Positions 58,101 through 64,000 of a stretch of 64,000 nucleotides of DNA are shown here, one piece after another; the stretch's first letter is position 1, and every line of letters starts with the position of its first letter. The position numbers were made by a program, and so were the translations under genes. The DNA comes from Oligoflexales bacterium (GTDB lineage: Bacteria; Bdellovibrionota_B; Oligoflexia; Oligoflexales; CAIYRB01). The DNA lies in the NCBI GenBank assembly GCA_041736175.1, contig JBGSUI010000193.1, forward strand, positions 1 through 64,000, in the 5' to 3' direction. The notes under the pieces are model-generated. The model saw only the letters and a program-made list of their open reading frames with translations, was not told the origin of the DNA and did no database searches.

Positions 58101-58983
58101 TATCGCTGAGCAACAGCCAACTATCCTCTCCAAAAAAATAGCTCTTTCGACTCTCATCGCTAATCTCAAGTCCCAATAGCTTGCGAGAGGTGATCAAATT
58201 TTTAAGTGAGCTTTCTCGATCCACCATATTTTTAAAATAGGAGGGCCACTTTAGTAACTTCTTCAAAAAAACGACATCATCTGGCCCCAAATCCGTCGCT
58301 AGTTGGGTGGCTTCTTCAGAGGTCACCACAACGAATTTTTTTTCCTTAAGACTCAGTTCAATTTGGGCATAGAGACTTTGCGTAGTCATAAGTATATCGC
58401 GAAACTTCTCAGTAAGAATTCCTGGATTTTCCCCGTCTAAACCTAACAAGGTCTCGATAAGCGCGGCATTCGGTGGTAGAACACTCCCCCACAAAATAAA
58501 GCTTCGCCAAGTGACTTTTTTTCGGACAGACTCTAGTTGATTTTTTGCAAGATCTGCATCAAAACATCGCTTCCCCTCCCCTGAATCCTCGCTCAGAATG
58601 TGATCGATCACCGTTGTCGACGGAAGAGGTAATTCAGAAGTTAAAGCCGGATAGCGAAAGCTATATCCTTCAGGTTCTGCCCATGGAACCTGGGGGACCA
58701 ATTGAGCCAAATTCCCTGATTTCCAGACATCTAGCACCTGGAGTCTGTAGTCTCCAGAGGATTTCACATTGGTTCCCAAGGCCGACAGAATTGGGACTAT
58801 AAGCAGCTCGCCAAAGTCGTTGATTCCCCCGTGGAGAGTGAGATCTTTGATAGTTCTCAAATAGACCTTGTCTGGTGCCGAAGGATTCGTTTTTTCTGGG
58901 TGATTGACTGATAAACTTGTAAAATGATTCGTCGCCATTGTTATGGTTGGTTTCTCCACTTTTTTGTTAAGTGGTTGTTTCAA
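55135..58983 (-). CDS. SNF2-family helicase 1
   Basis: LRPYQIHG, LADEMGLGKT, LDEAHAIKN, ALTGTPVEN, LSLKAGGTGLNLT, WWNPAVEDQATDRAHRIGQ. The start may be ATG 58938. Confidence 0.95.
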   Translation of the reverse strand: MKQPLNKKVEKPTITMATNHFTSLSVNHPEKTNPSAPDKVYLRTIKDLTLHGGINDFGELLIVPILSALGTNVKSSGDYRLQVLDVWKSGNLAQLVPQVPWAEPEGYSFRYPALTSELPLPSTTVIDHILSEDSGEGKRCFDADLAKNQLESVRKKVTWRSFILWGSVLPPNAALIETLLGLDGENPGILTEKFRDILMTTQSLYAQIELSLKEKKFVVVTSEEATQLATDLGPDDVVFLKKLLKWPSYFKNMVDRESSLKNLITSRKLLGLEISDESRKSYFFGEDSWLLLSDIGSQEYRRTARELNASQEGRFEYLEIDSQSDAKKTAIDLYIWQKVLDDAVIQDLLGSFGQDLAIVTQALSRRCSPDSIGTFAFDRKLSYSKRGPMIFTLASHKPVESIPAESSNPKVHIVPMVVRPEVAAVKESLWKKKFPTNDNRYESLRDLIERVQGNELVEGTLHYYDRSQQWVWPFGNLWQIADLAYGLFTMPELFLNPEFLIKQAIDVDLDFKELKPGDQVYPETWEWEEVFALLASFMGKLLSPLELSISDRLAIPDEGLPNLRVIEVELEASKVGLGVRFEALDAQYAGMDLKLLLDLVSRRLRSEGADLDSATGLLEMVGNIRFEPRPYFEVDGEEIDESTWFKAKKIKSGFYSLGNDKFVSEEVYLAKTHQFDLRKKVYLKFQNLGLSDLWKVQMRTLEETNLPTMAPEEYMRQVSLKVTPIHKQIDDQTLVDLGQQLLKGKLSDLIPILRPYQIHGIAWAYLRLKLGLGVCLADEMGLGKTIQAIGLLRSLATRSRAEGSGNQPSLVVMPKTLKLNWLRELGQFGPNLSVAVWGEDCGRDGMVPDAVEVVLVTYPRLRLDEDILYKIDWNLVILDEAHAIKNAHTQISDAVKRLRCRHRIALTGTPVENRAAELWSLVDWLNPGYLGDQKSFSAYTLKARSSEQKKLLLAPLRICLDPLILRRLKADPQVALGLPDKIHQDTPCDLSQEQQILYQAVIEMCVAEVAEKTTLFQRKSIYLKAILHLKQICIHPELFFGEEDENSIPKDEGFLWSQKLKKLTYKYQVESGLKKSKFEVWLERSGKLAVLRDLIDDRIIQCRGILIFTQYLAAGEMVQRIVSQGDPSGAHGSLAPMIHGGLSPEHRQAMVDDFNAACRTKSLNQPAPILILSLKAGGTGLNLTGADCVIHLDRWWNPAVEDQATDRAHRIGQTSHVGVHTLTSQGTIEESIGEMFRKKRGLSSDLLGATTEANLADSLENREGFLHLVDPQGVFRKSLKAL

Positions 58984-59090
58984 AGGTGCATTTTAGTCGT
59001 CACAAATCTCGTTTAAGTACGCACCTTTTAACAAAAACCAACATATTTGCCAAGTCAGTTTGGCTCCTAAATGGGACTTACGGACCCATG

Positions 59091-59543
59091 CTATCTTCGA
59101 GCCTCGCTGCCAGGGCTTTTCGATGGAGTTTGGTGCTTAGACTGAGAATAAAGCCCCCAAGTGCATTCTTCAAAGTTATAAACGACCCAGTCATAGTTGA
59201 TACCAGCTCTTAAAAAGCCCTCCGTAAGGAAACCTCGCGCCCTCTGGAGCTGCTTTTGAAACTTATTGCGGTAGGTTCTTCTGATTTTGGGGGGATAACA
59301 GTCAATGTCCTCAATCCCGCTGAGTTTTGCTATGATCTGACGCAGGCCCATGGAATGATTTTCGGCGTTTATCAATATGTTTACGACCTTTAGGATTTGG
59401 CGCCTCGACCCAATATTAAGGGACACCCCTTGAAACCAAAGCTGGTCGCCATAGAGTCTTATGGGGGGATTTTCCTTTTGATAACGGAGTGCGGATTCTA
59501 AAAAATGATCCTCCCCAAACTTATGACTAATTTCCTCATTCAT
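59091..59543 (-). CDS. Small putative winged-helix DNA-binding protein
   Basis: AAGGAG RBS; OmpR-C-like pattern (ILKVVNILI..MGLRQIIAKL..KFQKQLQRARGFL..WVVY..WGLY). Confidence 0.55.
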   Translation of the reverse strand: MNEEISHKFGEDHFLESALRYQKENPPIRLYGDQLWFQGVSLNIGSRRQILKVVNILINAENHSMGLRQIIAKLSGIEDIDCYPPKIRRTYRNKFQKQLQRARGFLTEGFLRAGINYDWVVYNFEECTWGLYSQSKHQTPSKSPGSEARR

Positions 59544-59737
59544 AACGACTCTCCTTAAAAAAACTATTGTTTACACTTCCTCCCGCAAGTCTACCTGCCT
59601 GCTTTTGGATGGGCCCGAAATTGTCATAGGGTCTTTGATTTGTCAACACAGACCATAATCAAACACGAGTTTGTCTTTCGTGCTTGCAAGAAGCTGATTT
59701 AATTGATTTAAGTCTATGTACCAGTCCAAATAATGGT

Positions 59738-62700
59738 CTATGACTCTAACAAAAAGTCTAAGTCGTCCACAGTTAGCTTAGAAAGAAAACTAGTATCTGC
59801 AGTAATAATGGCATCCGCTAAAGAACGTTTTTGTGCCTGAAGTTCTAAGATTTTTTCTTCGATGGTTCCCTTAGCGATCATCTTATAGGCAAACACTGTT
59901 TTAGTTTGACCCATACGATGGGCCCGGTCGATCGCTTGGGACTCAGCAGCAGGATTCCACCAGGGGTCGAGGATAAAGCAGTTTTCTGCTGCTGTGAGGT
60001 TAAGGCCGAGACCTCCTGCCTTTAAGCTAATCAAAAACAACGAACAGTCTGGATCTGTTTGGAACCTCTCCACACAAGCCGAGCGGTTACGGGTCTGACC
60101 ATCCAGATATTCATAGTTGATCTTAGATTTATTGAGCCGGCTGCGTACGATATGAAGAAACGATACAAATGATGAAAACACTAGAGTTTTATGTCCACCA
60201 GCCAGCGTCGACTCGATCTGTTCCATCAGGAGATCCAGTTTAGCACTCGATTCATGACTTCGATTTTTATCGATCAGTCCAGGGTGGCAGGCTGCCTGCC
60301 TGAGGCGAAGTAGAGCCTCTAATATATGAAACGTAGAGCGGCTAAGTCCTTGGGCTTTAATCGATCCACTAATTTTAAGCCGGTAGTGGTCCCGAAGGCT
60401 GGCGTATTCTTTAAGCTGTTTTGCAGACAAATCGCAGTAGAGAGTCGATTCCACTTTTTCTGGCAGATCTTTTAAAACTTGACCTTTAGTCCGGCGCAAC
60501 ATAAAAGGCCGAATCACCCGCGAAAGAGACTTGATAAGTTCTGGAGAGGGTTCTTTGTCTCGGGCAAAAATCTCTTGAAACTGCTTTTTGCTACCGAGCA
60601 TCCCTGGGTTGATAAACTCAAAGATCGACCCTAACTCACTGACGTTGTTTTCAATAGGAGTCCCTGACAAAGCTAGACGGTTCTGCCCCTTCAGGGAACA
60701 GGCCGCTCGGGTGGTCAAGGAATCATGGTTTTTGATCATCTGTGCTTCGTCTAGGATTACATAATTGAAAGTCGATTTTCTAAAGTGGTTTATATCAATC
60801 CGCATGGTGGCATAGGTGGTAATGACTAGATCAAATTCAAGTAGTCTTTTTAAGTTTTCACGACGGTCGAGCCCCGCATAAACCAAAACCTTTAGGTCTG
60901 GTGCAAACCGAGCAGCTTCATCAGCCCAATTGTGAAGCAAACTTTTCGGCACCACAATCAGAGTGCTGGCCATTTTAAGGTTGGCACCTCCATCGACTTT
61001 AAGTCGATGGAGCATGGCCAGGACCTGGACGGTTTTACCAAGTCCCATGTCGTCGGCGAGGCAGCCACCGAATTGAAACTGATTTAAAAACCGCAGCCAT
61101 CCTAGCCCCTCCTCTTGGTAGGGACGAAGTTGCCCTTCAAACCCGTGGGCAGGACTTTCGGCCTGGATACCGTTAAAGCTTCTAAACTGATCGCGTATTC
61201 GAAAAAAATCTCGGTGGGATTCGATTCCTGAGTGTCCCTCGACAAGAGCATCGAGAAGGAGTGCCTGGGTCCTATGAAACCTCAGACTTCGTTTGCGGTG
61301 CGGCGAGGCAAAAGCAGCAAGTCCTCCACAGTCTTTAAGCCATTTTTCAGGGAGGAGGCCAACCGTCCCGTCGTTAAGGCGTACAAAAAAGTCACCTTGC
61401 TTATAAGCTGCTAAAATCTTGGGTAAGCCAATATCATGGGTATCATAGGTGACCTCCGCTTCCAGCTCAAACCAGTCGATTCCCGAGCTACGGACTTTTC
61501 CTTTAAATGCGCCAGGAATTCTGATTCTTTTGCCTTCGGCTAGCACATCCCAGCCGCGGTCGGAAAAATGCTGCACAAGCTCAGAGAGATGACTTCGGTC
61601 AATCTCCAAATGCCCCTGGATGCGCGTTGTGGAAGGGAGCACCCCAGGTTCCCCAAGAACCTCCTTAAAAAAAGCTTTTTCTTGGTCGCGGTCACGCCTT
61701 AAAAACTGCCGCTGGCTAGGCAAATACCAGCCTTCTTGGGGCGCCCCCCCAGGATCGAATTGGTCTGGATCAGCAAAGTCTGAGGGAGCTTCGACCACAA
61801 ACTGTTGGTCATAGGCAAAGTGCAATGTCCCTGGGATTTTAGATTCATGTTGGTCAGGTTGAAACAGTACTAAACACGGTTTAGGAGTCCCAAGGACCTC
61901 TGCCCATTTAAGCTCGTCAGGCACCGAAATAGGAATTTCCTGAGACACCTGATGAAGCCATGCAATCACAGAATTTAAGTCCTGTTGTTGCACAACAATG
62001 GTCTCTCGGACCTCCCTGAGATGAGTCAACACCGCATCTGCTGCTGGGGAAATCGACTCCATAGGGGCGACCTTATCGCCTAGAATGACGAGACCTGTAC
62101 GGAGCACCAACCTTGCTTTCTTGATATCATAAAGTCTTGAAGATCCCACAAGATGGGCTCCAAGGACATAGGTTCTATTGCGGGTGTTTGCGGCGTCGTG
62201 GGTGTTATGGATGTTACCGGGTTCTAGGACCACCCTCGCTTGATAGGTTTCACTGTTATCCCAGCGCAGTTGGATCATTTCTGGACTCGGCAAATGGGCA
62301 GAGTTTCGCCTTGTGGTCAGGGTAGTCGGCTTGAGGAGGAGTCGGCCCGTGCGAGCCGCCATGGGGAGCAAAGTGTTGGCAAAAGTATGAACTACCTGAA
62401 AGGATTCAAACTTCATGGTTTGTCTTGAGTGAATTGCCCCTATAGAGGGCACTGTTCCCATGAGGGTCTCAAGGATCTCAACATCATTTTTAAATTCCTC
62501 TATGTCTTGAAACTTATTTATCTTATGGTGATTGATACTAAGACTTTTCAGTACCCCCCAATCACCTGTCGAGCGCCGTTCGCGCTGCATAAGCTGCAGT
62601 TCTAGAAAACCACTTTTTGCAAAACTCGCTTCGTCTAAACTATAAAATAGTTCCCTTTGCAACGGTTGATCCTGCACCTGGAATTTGCTTTTAAGAGTCA

Positions 62701-62875
62701 TAAGCAGCGTGAGTTGGCTCTGCTGTTCGCTCCAGGACGAGACGCTGATTCTAGGGGCCTGTGATCTTCCTTGGCGGGTTCGTCCCCCGACGAGCTTCTG
62801 TTTTAAGATTCCCGATTTTTCCTTTTCCAAAATCGTCTCTTCACACACATTCTTGCCCCGTTTGCTCAAATTCAT
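59738..62875 (-). CDS. SNF2-family helicase 2
   Basis: SGIDWFEL, LRPYQEEG, LADDMGLGKT, LDEAQMIKN, ISLKAGGLGLNLT, PWWNPAAESQAIDRAHRMGQ. Confidence 0.95.
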   Translation of the reverse strand: MNLSKRGKNVCEETILEKEKSGILKQKLVGGRTRQGRSQAPRISVSSWSEQQSQLTLLMTLKSKFQVQDQPLQRELFYSLDEASFAKSGFLELQLMQRERRSTGDWGVLKSLSINHHKINKFQDIEEFKNDVEILETLMGTVPSIGAIHSRQTMKFESFQVVHTFANTLLPMAARTGRLLLKPTTLTTRRNSAHLPSPEMIQLRWDNSETYQARVVLEPGNIHNTHDAANTRNRTYVLGAHLVGSSRLYDIKKARLVLRTGLVILGDKVAPMESISPAADAVLTHLREVRETIVVQQQDLNSVIAWLHQVSQEIPISVPDELKWAEVLGTPKPCLVLFQPDQHESKIPGTLHFAYDQQFVVEAPSDFADPDQFDPGGAPQEGWYLPSQRQFLRRDRDQEKAFFKEVLGEPGVLPSTTRIQGHLEIDRSHLSELVQHFSDRGWDVLAEGKRIRIPGAFKGKVRSSGIDWFELEAEVTYDTHDIGLPKILAAYKQGDFFVRLNDGTVGLLPEKWLKDCGGLAAFASPHRKRSLRFHRTQALLLDALVEGHSGIESHRDFFRIRDQFRSFNGIQAESPAHGFEGQLRPYQEEGLGWLRFLNQFQFGGCLADDMGLGKTVQVLAMLHRLKVDGGANLKMASTLIVVPKSLLHNWADEAARFAPDLKVLVYAGLDRRENLKRLLEFDLVITTYATMRIDINHFRKSTFNYVILDEAQMIKNHDSLTTRAACSLKGQNRLALSGTPIENNVSELGSIFEFINPGMLGSKKQFQEIFARDKEPSPELIKSLSRVIRPFMLRRTKGQVLKDLPEKVESTLYCDLSAKQLKEYASLRDHYRLKISGSIKAQGLSRSTFHILEALLRLRQAACHPGLIDKNRSHESSAKLDLLMEQIESTLAGGHKTLVFSSFVSFLHIVRSRLNKSKINYEYLDGQTRNRSACVERFQTDPDCSLFLISLKAGGLGLNLTAAENCFILDPWWNPAAESQAIDRAHRMGQTKTVFAYKMIAKGTIEEKILELQAQKRSLADAIITADTSFLSKLTVDDLDFLLES

Positions 62876-62927
62876 TTTCTAATTTCCCATCAAAATCATA
62901 TAAAGACAGCGATCGAAAGATCTCTTG

Positions 62928-64000
62928 CTACAGGCTTGCCTCACTCGATAACTTGGCTTTCCAGCGTGAGATTTCTCCAAAGAGCTTCGCTTTTTGCTCT
63001 TTGAGGACAGCCTCCTTCGTCAAGATGAGTTTGTGTGGGCTACCCTCAGCCAATGTGACCTTGGTCACTGGGACCGCGAGTTTCTCAAGCTCAACACTCA
63101 CATGTTCTCGACGACATTTTATCAACTTAAAGATCTGAATAGAAAGTTCCCCTGAACTTAGAAACTTGTTGAGCTTTTTACAGTCCTCACAGGAGCATGT
63201 AGCCGCTTCGAATAGACTCCAATCATGTTGAACATCTTTGAGGCGACTTGTATCGATTTCCAAAAGACGAGACACCTCATCCTTGAGAAACGGGGTCAAA
63301 AACGGATGTCGGTCCACCAACTGCGCGAGTTCGATGCTGCCAAAAATCTTGGGATAGCTGCGGAGCTGCTCTAAAAATTTATCCCCATACATAGCAAAGA
63401 GCCGCTGATCACCTGCGAGGTTTTTTGCAAACAATGCTGCTTTATCCATCATTTCTTTTTGATGTTGTTTGATTGTGAGCGGGGAGGCATCTGCTTTATG
63501 GGTCAGTACTTCAGCAAATTCATCGAGTTCGTGGTCGAAAATCCATTGTGCAAGCTCAGGGGACCATCGAGAGATCTCCTCTAGGTGAAAAAGCCCTTGA
63601 TAGAGTGGGGCTTTGTACCATGCCTTGCGACTTGACTCAGGACCTCCGAGAAAAAGATTTTGCAGCCAATCCAGTCCATAGGTCTTTTGGAGGGACTGGA
63701 GCAACTTCAAAGATTCCTCTTGCAGCAAGAGATGGATATGGCCCTGTAAAGCCATACTAGCTAGCTCCGGGTCTTTGAGCTCCATTGCCATGTCAGCGAG
63801 ATCTTGAGGGATTGATTTACTAGGGTGACCAACAGATTGGAGCAACTTTTCAATATAGATCTCTTTGTGTTTCCAACTCCTAAACTCCCCTGAGTTAATA
63901 GCCTCGCGCAGTTTTTTAAATGCTAGGTCGGGGGATATGCCAAATTGGAAGCAAAGATCCATAGACTGAGGCCAAACAACCAATGCACAGCGATGATACC
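62928..64000 (-). CDS. C-terminal part of a probable 2OG-Fe(II) oxygenase-family protein (5'-partial)
   Basis: The frame is open to the window edge (YHRCALVVWP). C-terminal DWS..CSCEDC..L.KFL...RREH...T..GSPHKLILTK is typical of that family's tail. Confidence 0.6.
   Translation of the reverse strand, partial: YHRCALVVWPQSMDLCFQFGISPDLAFKKLREAINSGEFRSWKHKEIYIEKLLQSVGHPSKSIPQDLADMAMELKDPELASMALQGHIHLLLQEESLKLLQSLQKTYGLDWLQNLFLGGPESSRKAWYKAPLYQGLFHLEEISRWSPELAQWIFDHELDEFAEVLTHKADASPLTIKQHQKEMMDKAALFAKNLAGDQRLFAMYGDKFLEQLRSYPKIFGSIELAQLVDRHPFLTPFLKDEVSRLLEIDTSRLKDVQHDWSLFEAATCSCEDCKKLNKFLSSGELSIQIFKLIKCRREHVSVELEKLAVPVTKVTLAEGSPHKLILTKEAVLKEQKAKLFGEISRWKAKLSSEASL

Overview
Bacterial chromosomal segment. 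The gene repertoire (TIGR04552 protein, CglF-like protein, REC-TPR protein, TraF/PorV-like barrel, many lipoproteins) suggests Bdellovibrionota/Oligoflexia or a related deltaproteobacterial lineage; this assignment is inference. Housekeeping blocks are the envelope cluster lolC/E-lolD-bamA-skp-fabZ-lpxA-lpxB-msbA-like-lpxK (no lpxD), ccmABCDE plus a thioredoxin, an iscS-like desulfurase, nagZ, khpA and ygfA. The accessory modules of most interest are: (1) a four-gene specialised chaperone operon (divergent Hsp70, Zn-ribbon membrane protein, large helical protein with an HPD-less J-like tail, GrpE); (2) a lipoxygenase with no signal peptide followed by a small twin-arginine protein, suggesting piggyback Tat export; (3) a bacteriophytochrome with no output domain coupled to bphO and divergent from a 3'-truncated cheB-cheR fusion; (4) an AT-rich ABC-ATPase plus nuclease-like gene pair; (5) two SNF2 helicases next to a winged-helix protein and a 2OG-Fe(II) oxygenase-like gene. 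There are also several FliA/sigma28-like promoters and two candidate structured non-coding regions. I saw no rRNA, tRNA, CRISPR array, integrase or transposase. All calls come from motif recognition by eye; no searches were run.
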